Source: Verrucomicrobiota bacterium
Lineage (GTDB): Bacteria > Verrucomicrobiota > Verrucomicrobiia > Opitutales > Seribacteraceae
NCBI GenBank assembly: GCA_027622665.1
Contig: JAQBYT010000055.1
Location: forward strand, 1 to 16,645
Reading direction: 5' to 3'
DNA: 16,645 nt
Part shown: one piece after another, positions 1 through 8,130 of the stretch
Layout of the letters: each line of letters opens with the position of its first letter
Numbering within the stretch: the stretch's first letter is position 1
Program-made: the position numbers and the translations under genes
The notes under the pieces: model-generated
The model's input: only the letters and a program-made list of their open reading frames with translations
Database searches by the model: none
Told to the model about the DNA's origin: nothing

Positions 1-1
1 T

Positions 2-1336
2 GGATCGGCGATTCCGGGAGCTTTCGTGTGGGCATGGTCGCCCCGCGGGCAGACCATGGAAACCCATGCCGACGCCAATGGCAGTTTTCGCTTCGAGGTG
101 AAGGCGGGAGCGAAATGGTACCTAGGGGCTGACTTTGCGGGCGGAGTAAGCACGGGGGGAGCGGTTCTCCTCATGGACAAGGACGTCGAGGTCGACTTGA
201 CCACGGCTCCGTTTCGGGACGACTTGCACTTGATCCTACGCCCGTCTTCTCGGCAACTGCCCGATGCCGCGGTGGACACCTTCGACCCTTCCCTGGATTA
301 CCACGCGATCCTATCGGACGGCACCCGACTATTCATTCCCGCCAATAGCATACTACTTCAAATTAGAGGTGGAAGGGGCAGGGGACCGAGCATCCAATTC
401 CGTAAAGGCATGGTTACCATGACGGTCACTCCCGTGCAGACGGGCTTGGCCAAGGGCATAAACAATCGCCCTCTCGATTTCGGCTACTCGATTTCCTTCA
501 CGGAGGACAACGGCCGCGAAACCCAAATCAGCAAGGCGGCTCGGTTGAGCATTCCCTTTTCGGCGGCGTCGCTCATCGCGAACAAGGCGAGAAAAGAGGA
601 TCTGGCCCTTTCCTACTACTCTACCACGAGGGGCTGGCTGAACGTTCCCGCTGTTCTTTCCGGTGGTTACCTGCATGCCTATGTGGACCATTTTTCCAAG
701 TGGGCGATTACGGTGGCGCCGCCCGAGGTGAGACCTTCCTCCTTGCCCAACTTATTGGTTAGCGGATTGAACGCCGACCCGGTGACCGAGCGTTGGTACC
801 AATCGGATTGGCTGGGCTCCTTCAACGATACCGGCAGTGGTTGGATATACCATGACGAACATGGCTGGCTCTATCCGGCTGAGGACGGTTCCGGCAACTA
901 CTGGCTTTATCATCCGAACCTCGGTTGGCTCTGGACGGGGCCAAGCCTATACGGGAATGCCGAAGGACATCGCTACCTCTTTTCACCAAAGGCGGATTCG
1001 TGGCTGTACTATGAATCAACCGACAAGACCTTTTACGTCTACAAGGATTCCACGCGGATGAACCATGCCGGAACCGCCGTTGCCCGATTGCAGGCGACTT
1101 CCTCGGACGCATCGTTTGGCCGCGTGACGGGTGGCGGGTATCACGAGGTCGGATCCATGGTAAAACTGACTGCAGTTGCCAATCTAGGCTACCGTTTTAC
1201 CGAGTGGCGAAGTTCGACCAGGGGCGCGTTGGGCGACTCGGAGACCTTGGACGTTCAAGTCGACGGCGGTGAAAGCATCACAGGAGTCTTTGCCAAGATG
1301 ACGAGCGAGGAGATATTGGGTGGAGTATTCGACTGA
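2..1336 (+). CDS. Large surface/secreted protein, 5'-truncated: ZU5-like (HFS) domain, Trp/Tyr-rich repeat block, C-terminal divergent InlB B-repeat-like domain
   Basis: The frame is open from position 2 (GSAIPGAFVWAW...), so the true start is outside the window. Motifs: LSDGTRLFIPANS...ARLSIPFS...VDHFSKWAI; then WYQSDWLGSF/GWIYHDEHGWLY/YWLYHPNLGWLWT/SWLYY; then GRVTGGGYHEVGSMVKLTAVANLGYRFTEW...ITGVF. TGA at 1334-1336. Confidence 0.8.
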   Translation, partial: GSAIPGAFVWAWSPRGQTMETHADANGSFRFEVKAGAKWYLGADFAGGVSTGGAVLLMDKDVEVDLTTAPFRDDLHLILRPSSRQLPDAAVDTFDPSLDYHAILSDGTRLFIPANSILLQIRGGRGRGPSIQFRKGMVTMTVTPVQTGLAKGINNRPLDFGYSISFTEDNGRETQISKAARLSIPFSAASLIANKARKEDLALSYYSTTRGWLNVPAVLSGGYLHAYVDHFSKWAITVAPPEVRPSSLPNLLVSGLNADPVTERWYQSDWLGSFNDTGSGWIYHDEHGWLYPAEDGSGNYWLYHPNLGWLWTGPSLYGNAEGHRYLFSPKADSWLYYESTDKTFYVYKDSTRMNHAGTAVARLQATSSDASFGRVTGGGYHEVGSMVKLTAVANLGYRFTEWRSSTRGALGDSETLDVQVDGGESITGVFAKMTSEEILGGVFD

Positions 1337-1555
1337 ACGCCCAAAACCCTAACTCTCGAGAGCTAACGATTACAGACAGATGTAAATAATTCACCGACTC
1401 CCCTTTACGACATTTTTTCCGCGGGTGAAAGATTAGGGGAGGTAGTCGCATCGAGAGTCAAAGGTTGCACCCCCGCCCCCCTTGACTTTAGAGATCGAAC
1501 CAATGGTGGACGAGCCAACGAAACTCTGAGTATAGGCCAGCCGTGGTTCTGACTC

Positions 1556-1578
1556 TCGAGGATTTCGCTAATCCTCGA
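1556..1578. terminator. Stem-loop between convergent genes, possible terminator or 3' stabiliser
   Basis: Perfect 9-bp stem TCGAGGATT / AATCCTCGA with a 5-nt loop, about 25 nt past the stop of the 1604-1858 gene. No clear U-tract. Confidence 0.35.
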
Positions 1579-1603
1579 AGGCGAACTCGAGGAGCTGGAA
1601 CTT

Positions 1604-1858
1604 CTATTGAGAGGCTTTCGTTTCTGCGGAAGAGTTGCTCTCGGTCTGGGTCGCGGAATCGCTATCAGCTGTGGAATTGCCGTCAAAACCGAGGCTTTTT
1701 TTAGCGGACCGATACCCCTTTTTCGACTTTTCTGCAATGTAACTGCCGCTTTTATTGAATCCCGATTTAGTCTTTTGGCCAACTTCGGAAAGAGTGCAAC
1801 CGGAATAAAGACCCGATATGGCGACCACGAGGAATATAGACAATAATTTCAACTTCAT
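1604..1858 (-). CDS. Small lipoprotein, hypothetical (84 aa)
   Basis: MKLK, a hydrophobic core and a lipobox-like LYSG-C, followed by an amphipathic Lys-rich helix and a Ser/Thr-rich tail. Confidence 0.75.
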   Translation of the reverse strand: MKLKLLSIFLVVAISGLYSGCTLSEVGQKTKSGFNKSGSYIAEKSKKGYRSAKKSLGFDGNSTADSDSATQTESNSSAETKASQ

Positions 1859-1999
1859 GATGGTATTCGTTTACTTGCTTATTGATGGATCACTAGGTGA
1901 ATAAACCTCAAATTTGCCTTAAAGCCCGTAATGAGCAAGAACGAATGAGCATTTGTGCAGGAATGCCAGCATGAATTGCTACCAGTTCCGGTACTTTCC

Positions 2000-2674
2000 T
2001 CACCTGTTGAACTTGAGCTCTGGATGATCCGGATCGTCGTTCACCATTATCACATTAGCCTTTGCGCCAGGCTGATACTCGGCCAAGTAACGTTTTTGGC
2101 CGGGGAAGAAGCGGCGGGTGTATTTGTCCAGGAGTGTGTGCATGTTGCCGAAATGCTTCAAATCCCTCGTCTTGGCCCGTTCCAGGGCTACCTCGAAGGA
2201 AGTGTCGACGAGTATCCTGTAGTCAAAGGCGTTTACGATCTCCTTCCTGAACAGCATCACGCCCTCGAACAGGAGTATGGCATCGGAGGATGCGGAAACC
2301 GGATCGGATTGTTTGGCAGTTTCTGTCTCGTGGTCGAAAATCTCGGGCAAGTAGCTAAGACTTCCTTCAGGTCCGAGGGGATCCAGGACGGATTTGCGCA
2401 CCGCCTGGTAGTCGAAGGAGTCGTCGAGGTACCCCTCGACGGACATCGAGCCTCGTCGATGTCTGATTTCGGGGGGATGGTGAAAACCGTCCATGCCGGT
2501 GCGTATCACCTCGCGATTCATTTCCCGCAGAACTGACGCCAATTCATCGGCAAGGACGGTTTTTCCGGATGCGCTTACGCCGTCTATCCCCACTCTGAGA
2601 GGGTGGGGGAGTTTGATTGCCGCTAACCTATGGGCAACGGTTTGTAGGATGTCCTTTCGAGGCTGATGATCCAT
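2000..2674 (-). CDS. Uridine kinase-like P-loop nucleoside/nucleotide kinase family protein
   Basis: Walker A in RVGIDGVSASGKT, plus the motifs MDGFH, YLDDSFDY, LLFEGVML and ERAKTRD. ATG at 2674 (MDHQP) is preferred over the upstream TTG at 2713. Confidence 0.85.
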   Translation of the reverse strand: MDHQPRKDILQTVAHRLAAIKLPHPLRVGIDGVSASGKTVLADELASVLREMNREVIRTGMDGFHHPPEIRHRRGSMSVEGYLDDSFDYQAVRKSVLDPLGPEGSLSYLPEIFDHETETAKQSDPVSASSDAILLFEGVMLFRKEIVNAFDYRILVDTSFEVALERAKTRDLKHFGNMHTLLDKYTRRFFPGQKRYLAEYQPGAKANVIMVNDDPDHPELKFNR

Positions 2675-2837
2675 GGTGACAATCAATGAGCGTGGATTCC
2701 TCTTTATCAACAACGAAACGAATCGCTATCGTTGAAGTCCAATTCGTGATTTTTTAAAGTTTTTTTTCAAAAATACAGAAAACCATTTGAAGTTGTTAGG
2801 CATTTGGTGTATTTGTAGTTATAACCTAATTAAAACA

Positions 2838-2915
2838 ATGTACGAAAATCTCCTCTCCTTAATCCTCATTCTCTCCACCACCTGCGCCGGAGTCTGGTTC
2901 CTGACTCAAGTCTAA
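2838..2915 (+). CDS. Putative 25-aa single-transmembrane small protein MYENLLSLILILSTTCAGVWFLTQV
   Basis: ATG at 2838 after an A-rich leader (TAATTAAAACA), TAA at 2913-2915. Almost entirely hydrophobic. It fills an otherwise empty gap downstream of an AT-rich promoter-like tract and is below the ORF-track length cutoff. Confidence 0.55.
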   Translation: MYENLLSLILILSTTCAGVWFLTQV

Positions 2916-3019
2916 TGGTGGCGGGCAATTAAAGGTTCACCCTCTTTGTCCACACCTCATCGGGACGGTCGCTCTATTACTGCGGTGAAATGCTCTGGAA
3001 CTAATCTCAATATGCGAAG

Positions 3020-3430
3020 TCAATAATGCACTTCTTGTTCCGGCTCTTCATCAGGGGTATTGTATTCGTGAATGCCTCTTTCAATGGCACTTTTCAGCTT
3101 AGGGGGACTACACGGTTTCGTGAAAATTCGAAAGAGTTGCCCGGATTGGAGTAAGTCCGCTCCGCCGACTTCAAAGTCGGCGTGCCCGGTGAGTAGAATA
3201 GATTTCACCTTTGGATCGACATCCTTCATTCGCTTGAGCATTTCAGCGCCATCCATTCCGGGCATTCGCATATCTCCGACAACAACGGCAAAGGGACCGT
3301 CCTGCTCAAAAGTTTTCAATCCTTCGTCCCCGCTCGTAGCGGTGGACAAGTCGAACTCCCGAGATAGATGAAGATGCATGCCTTTTAGGATTGATTCATC
3401 GTCATCAACACAGAGTATTTTTCTATTCAT
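3020..3430 (-). CDS. Stand-alone response regulator (receiver domain only)
   Basis: KILCVDDD acidic pocket, phospho-acceptor Asp in VVGDMRMPGMDG, LLTG and FTKP. No output domain. Confidence 0.95.
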   Translation of the reverse strand: MNRKILCVDDDESILKGMHLHLSREFDLSTATSGDEGLKTFEQDGPFAVVVGDMRMPGMDGAEMLKRMKDVDPKVKSILLTGHADFEVGGADLLQSGQLFRIFTKPCSPPKLKSAIERGIHEYNTPDEEPEQEVHY

Positions 3431-3483
3431 GACCTAACGGAAACAACTCGATGCAAGCGATGCAAGCACTCTTTAGTTTTTCC

Positions 3484-3509
3484 TTTTGCATGGGTGCACG
3501 CATGCAAAA
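3484..3509. promoter_or_regulatory. 26-bp near-perfect palindrome upstream of the response regulator (candidate operator or hairpin)
   Basis: TTTTGCATG-G-GTGCAC-G-CATGCAAAA, with one mismatched pair. Confidence 0.45.
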
Positions 3510-3538
3510 TTGACCTCTTTATCGAATAGAGGAGTCAA
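3506..3538 (-). terminator. Possible intrinsic terminator after the FG-GAP gene
   Basis: On the minus strand, TTGACTCCTCT...AGAGGTCAA forms a stem with a bulge, followed by TTTT, about 55 nt after the stop at 3593. Confidence 0.4.
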
Positions 3539-3592
3539 GGCTTCAATAGATCGGACTTAGAACGAAGAACCTGCTTCGTGAACACTTGCCTC

Positions 3593-4738
3593 TCAGGACT
3601 CGTTCCAGAAGATCTTCAGGTTGTGGGTCTGTCGGCCCGCCACGATGATATCAGGTTTGCCGTCGCCGTTCAAGTCACCTGCCTTAATGTCTTCCACTGC
3701 GATTTCGGCTCCGCTTAGCTGGTAGGTTTTCCATTTTGAGTAATTCTTGTCGAGCGGAACGAATAATTTCACGCCGGGCACGGCCTTTGGGCTCATTCCG
3801 CGCCAACCTGCAACGACTTGGTCGCCACCTAGTCCAAGAAAGTCTGCCGTCGCCAAGGCGTGACCATCCTTGAAGGTGGTGTCGAGTACGTGTCGCGTCC
3901 AGTTTTTGCCATCGGCTACGTAGCACGCGACCACGGAACCGTGACGGGGTTCAATGGTGGTGACAAGTCGCCGCCCATCGGGGAGGTGACCGTCGCGAAC
4001 TTCACCGCCAAATGGCTTTGCGATAAGTGTGCGCTTCCATGTGTCGTTCTTCTGGCGATCAAGAAACCAGGTTCCCTCCATGCCGGTGACAAGAAGTTCA
4101 TCCTCTGGATCCTTGTCCCAGTTCACAGGATGGAAGTTGTGACTGTTATGAAGGAAATCACAGATTAGAGTGGTGCTCCACTTGTCTTTTTCCGGATTCT
4201 TGGGCATCTTGTAGGCCAGCATCTTGAGTCCATCGCCTACATAGTTTCGGTTGCCCCTACCAGTCAAGGGCTTGACAACTAAATCGTAAACTCCTGCCGG
4301 GTTTTTAACCCAATGCATTCTGTGCGTCGTGGGCTCGTGGTGGAGAGGGATGGGTTTCCAGTCACCCGAACGATCAAGAGTCGGTTTAAGGTAGAAAACG
4401 GCTCCGCTGTTTACTGTGTCGCCAGGATTCCACTGGGCTCCCACGGCGACCTCAGCCTTGCCGTCTCCGTCCAAATCACGGGCCGCGACGCATACGTGGT
4501 CACGTTGAGTCAAATGACCGCTGATCTGATGCTTGGTCCAAGTTGGATTTTGATACCAAACCACCTTGTCCTTGTCGACGAGCACGATGTCGGTTTTCCC
4601 GTCGCCATTCATGTCGGCAAGTTGCAATCCGTATCCGACGCCTACTTCGACATCGATGTCTTGCTGTCGAAACTTGGGTTCCTTTGCTTGAAGAGCAAAA
4701 GCTGAGAGTATTGTGATGGTGGTGAGTAAGCGATACAT
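3593..4738 (-). CDS. Secreted FG-GAP/VCBS-repeat beta-propeller protein (aldos-2-ulose dehydratase-like propeller family)
   Basis: Signal peptide (MYRLLTTITILSAFALQA) and Ca-binding repeats ADMNGDGKTDIV, RDLDGDGKAEVAVG and GDLNGDGKPDII. Several conserved His (HVC, THRMHW, HNFH, GHAL). Confidence 0.88.
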   Translation of the reverse strand: MYRLLTTITILSAFALQAKEPKFRQQDIDVEVGVGYGLQLADMNGDGKTDIVLVDKDKVVWYQNPTWTKHQISGHLTQRDHVCVAARDLDGDGKAEVAVGAQWNPGDTVNSGAVFYLKPTLDRSGDWKPIPLHHEPTTHRMHWVKNPAGVYDLVVKPLTGRGNRNYVGDGLKMLAYKMPKNPEKDKWSTTLICDFLHNSHNFHPVNWDKDPEDELLVTGMEGTWFLDRQKNDTWKRTLIAKPFGGEVRDGHLPDGRRLVTTIEPRHGSVVACYVADGKNWTRHVLDTTFKDGHALATADFLGLGGDQVVAGWRGMSPKAVPGVKLFVPLDKNYSKWKTYQLSGAEIAVEDIKAGDLNGDGKPDIIVAGRQTHNLKIFWNES

Positions 4739-4862
4739 GGTTTTAAGTTTATTGCTTTCGGTTGAATCGATCTTGTGAATGTTCTTTCTCGTGTTGCTTT
4801 ATTCATTAAGAACTGGCAGAGGAGACATATCTTTTATCCATAACCCTGTTGGAGATATATGT

Positions 4863-5882
4863 ATGAATGCAATCGCGAAGATTCTAATAATTCCTTTTTT
4901 ATTTTTTTCATCAGGTGTCTTGCTTGGCGAAGATGACCCTGATGGCATACTCGAAGATCTAGAGAGAGTCGGGGAGGATTTGCGTAATGAACTGGATGAG
5001 TTGCAGGAGGAAGCCGAACATCTTCAGGAAGAACTGGAGAATGCTCGGGAGGAAGGGGATGCCTCTTTCATTCACCACATGGAACTCGAGTTAGACAGAA
5101 CGAGCAAAGACGTTGCAGCATGGAGGGAGATCTTGTCGCGGCACGAGAAATTGCTTGCGAAGGACGGGGCGGATTTGGAGTCCGCCGTTGCCGCCTTCAT
5201 GCGAAGCATTCATAAAGCTCACCAGAATCGCGACTTGTCGCGCATCAAGTCGGGGATGTCGCACATTGAGTTTGAGCTGCGCCTAGCCAAAGTAAGTGAG
5301 GATGAAGATCATGCCCGTCATTTGCGGCTAAGGCTTGGGCACTTTCAAGAAAATCTTGCTAGGCATAAGCAACTGGCTGAACTCTCTGAAAAGCTTGATA
5401 CCGCTAGGGTCGATGATCGCCACGAAGAAGCAGAGCAGATCCAGCGAAATCTTTTCGTTGCCGAAAAAGACTTTCACATAGCCCGAGAAATGCGGGAACT
5501 CGAATTTCGGCGCATGGAGGCCCAAGATGAACTGGAAAGCATTAGCCTCGAAATGTTTCGGGCAAAAAAGCAGATCGACTTGGCAAGCTCAATGGCCAAA
5601 CAGCAAGAGCATCTCTCCAAGGAATGGGAGCGACTGAAGAAGGTTCTTACTTCGCCTAACGTCGGCGAGGAAGCATTTGATCAAGTTGTGAAGTCCGCAG
5701 AATCCATGCGGATCAGGTTTCACCTCCAGCGCGAAATCATGGAAGCACACTTCGAATCAGCCATGGCCGAAAAAAAAGGCGAGAAGGGAGAAGTTGTTGA
5801 AATCAGCAATCGCATACGTGAACTCGAGGAAGAAATTCGTGAGCACAACGAAGAGGGCGGCGAGGCTGTTGACCCTAGGTGA
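4863..5882 (+). CDS. Exported all-helical coiled-coil hypothetical protein
   Basis: ATG at 4863 gives a signal-peptide-like MNAIAKILIIPFLFFSSGVLLG. The remainder is E/R/L-rich heptad-type sequence. The ORF-track start at 4779 is probably too far upstream. Confidence 0.8.
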   Translation: MNAIAKILIIPFLFFSSGVLLGEDDPDGILEDLERVGEDLRNELDELQEEAEHLQEELENAREEGDASFIHHMELELDRTSKDVAAWREILSRHEKLLAKDGADLESAVAAFMRSIHKAHQNRDLSRIKSGMSHIEFELRLAKVSEDEDHARHLRLRLGHFQENLARHKQLAELSEKLDTARVDDRHEEAEQIQRNLFVAEKDFHIAREMRELEFRRMEAQDELESISLEMFRAKKQIDLASSMAKQQEHLSKEWERLKKVLTSPNVGEEAFDQVVKSAESMRIRFHLQREIMEAHFESAMAEKKGEKGEVVEISNRIRELEEEIREHNEEGGEAVDPR

Positions 5883-6978
5883 TCACCAAAACAGGATCGC
5901 CGATTACGTCTTCCTTTAGGGTAACTCCCAGGCCGGGTTTCACGGAGGCGGACATCCTTCCTCGCTCACGCTGGGGGGGAACATCCGCGGTGCTGACCGT
6001 TACGTAACTGTTAAAATCGGTAGAAGTGAAGAGCAATTCGGTCGGGACGCCTTGAGCGAGATGGGCAATTGCTGCCGTTACTAGGTCTCCGCCCCAGCTG
6101 TCTTCAACAGTTGCGGCGATGCCCAAGTCTACGCATAAATCGCGTGCCTGTTTCGCTTTGGTCAAACCTCCAAACTTGGAAATTTTGATATTCACCACGT
6201 CCATGGCATCGTCATTGTGGGCTTGCAGTGAAATCGGCAGCCCGTCGATGTTTTCGTCCATGACGAAGGGCAGGGCGGTACGACGGCGAATCTAGAGACA
6301 CTCCTTGTAGGTAAGGCAAGGTTGCTCCAAGTATACGTCGAGATCCTTCACAGCCCCAGCCACTCGTGCTGCTTCGTGTTGTGTCCATCCAGTGTTGGCA
6401 TCGGCAATCAGCTTTTCCCCACTTTGCTGCTGCTCGGCTACGGCATGTATTCGTTCGATGTCAACATCCGGATCGCCACCGACTTTCAACTGGAACCGGG
6501 TATAGCCCTCTGACCGATATTCCGCAACATTTGCCGCCATTTCATCGGGCGATCGCTGGGAGATGGCTCGATATAGGATCAAGTCTTCCGCTTGTCGACC
6601 GCCGTGCAGTTCGCAAATCGGTTGACCGGAAGCTTGACCGAGAATGTCCCAGCACGCGATATCGATGGCAGACTTCACGTACGGATGCCCCTTGAGCGCT
6701 GCATCCATGAATCGGTTTAGAGGTAAAAGCCGAGCGGGGTCTTGCCCGAGGAGATGGGGGCCAAGTTCACCTATACCCGTGCGTACGCCCTCGGCGTAGG
6801 CAGGTAAATGAAAAGGCCCAAGAGGACACACTTCCCCAACACCGAATAAACCGGAGTCCGTTTCAACTTTTACGATGGTGCTATCGAAAACTTGGACGGA
6901 CTTACCGCCGGACCATGAACAGTTGCCTTAGTGGTGTGGGAGTTCTACCCGAAATACGGAAATACCTGTAATTTTCAT
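5875..6978 (-). pseudogene. Mandelate racemase/muconate lactonizing enzyme family gene (cis-3-hydroxy-L-proline dehydratase / hydroxyproline-betaine epimerase-like) with two in-frame nonsense codons
   Basis: One frame runs 6978 to 5875 (368 codons): MKITGISVFRVELPHH*GNCSWSGGKSVQVFDSTIV...GEVCPLG...FQLKVGG...DAN...EQPC..YKECL*IRRRTALPFVMDE...NIKISKFGG..EDSWGGD. TAA at 6930-6928 and TAG at 6294-6292. This joins ORFs 6292-6831 and 5875-6261. Confidence 0.88.
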
Positions 6979-7068
6979 CCACATTAATAAATAGCTTCGT
7001 CCACAAAGGAGCAAAAGGGAAAGTTTTACCGACTTGCACGAAGGCGGGTGCTTCCTTTTAATGTTTGT

Positions 7069-8124
7069 ATGAAAAATTGTCATCGCCTTCTCTTTGCTTT
7101 AATTTGCTGTTCCGCCTTGTTCTTGTTGGGTGGATGCGGTGATGAACCTGTTCAGTCTTCCGATGCAGAATTAGGTTCGCCCTCAGACGACCTCGACCGA
7201 AATAATGCTGCCCCAAGTCCGGCTCCACCTTCCGGTCAATCCCAGCCGTCAGCTCCTGTCCGTGTGGACGAACGGACTCCATCCGCCGACTGGAGTGGAA
7301 ACTCCGCTTATTACCTCGCGATATTCGAGGAGAGATATGAGAACGCGGAGAGGCAGAAGAAAATTCTTGTTGAGGTTCCCGACGAGAGGGAGGAGACGGA
7401 AGCATCAAAGCCCAAGCTAGAAGAACGGATAGTGAGTGAACCCGTCGAAGTAAAACGACTTTACGTTCGCACCGTCGACCAACCCTACACTGGTCGCATC
7501 ATCCGTCTTTACCTTTCGGGCTCTCCCGAGTACCTAGCCAACTTTGAAAGCGGCTTCCGCAAGGGTGTCGCGTATTGGTGGAGTCCGGATGGCAAACTGG
7601 CTCGAGCGGCCAGAGGGTGGGGGAATGAACTTGAGGAAGTCGACGTCAACACCGTCGTCAACCCTTTTGAGAAAGTAATTGCCGAGATGACGAATCGCGA
7701 ACCTGAATCTGGCCAGTCTGTTTTTCGAGGTTCCGCTAAGCGATTTGAGGAATGGAACAAATATGATTCCGAGAATCGATTGACTGATGGCACAACGGGC
7801 GAGCTGGTGTCTGGCCAAGTGAAACTGTACGGAGATGATGGGAAGCTACAGTCTGAAAGCCATTATCAGGACGGACTGGTTCACGGGTTCAGCAATTCCT
7901 ACCATTCAAACGGTGTCCAGGCCACTAAAACAGTTTTCTCAAATGGGGATAAAACAGGCACGGAGACTTGGTGGGGTGATAATGGCCTCAAGTCCTATGA
8001 AGCGAATTTCGTGAACGGGAAAATGAATGGCCTTGAAACCATTTGGGGTGAAGGCGGAAGTATATCCTCTCAACTTCGCTACAAGGACGGCAAGCTAGTG
8101 GAGACCGTGTACACCAAGGAGTAA
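7069..8124 (+). CDS. Lipoprotein with MORN-variant repeats (YwqK-like repeat family)
   Basis: ATG at 7069, lipobox LGG-C, a Pro/Ser-rich linker, and repeats such as YQDGLVHGFSNSYHSNG, FSNGDKTGTETWWGDNG and FVNGKMNGLETIWGEGG. Confidence 0.88.
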   Translation: MKNCHRLLFALICCSALFLLGGCGDEPVQSSDAELGSPSDDLDRNNAAPSPAPPSGQSQPSAPVRVDERTPSADWSGNSAYYLAIFEERYENAERQKKILVEVPDEREETEASKPKLEERIVSEPVEVKRLYVRTVDQPYTGRIIRLYLSGSPEYLANFESGFRKGVAYWWSPDGKLARAARGWGNELEEVDVNTVVNPFEKVIAEMTNREPESGQSVFRGSAKRFEEWNKYDSENRLTDGTTGELVSGQVKLYGDDGKLQSESHYQDGLVHGFSNSYHSNGVQATKTVFSNGDKTGTETWWGDNGLKSYEANFVNGKMNGLETIWGEGGSISSQLRYKDGKLVETVYTKE

Positions 8125-8130
8125 GTTATA

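Noticed and set aside
1519..1534. Hammerhead-like CGAAAC...CTGAG core
   Set aside because: The order and spacing are incompatible with the CUGANGA...GAAA hammerhead core and the required stems are absent.
1405..1782. 125-aa minus-strand ORF overlapping the lipoprotein
   Set aside because: It is an alternative frame of the better-supported lipoprotein, with Arg/Ser/Pro-rich shadow composition and no motif.
1955..2536. 193-aa plus-strand ORF, and other antisense or nested ORFs in the track (e.g. 3860-4168, 4313-4705, 14212-14493)
   Set aside because: These are antisense shadows of well-supported genes with no recognisable motifs.
5875..6978. Stop-codon reassignment or pyrrolysine read-through explaining the internal stops
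   Set aside because: Two different stops (TAA and TAG) are involved, and both are used as normal terminators by other genes in the window.
7069..8124. Toxin-antitoxin system implied by the YwqK-like repeats
   Set aside because: There is no adjacent toxin gene, and MORN-variant repeats are generic. The protein is a lipoprotein in a metabolic gene string.
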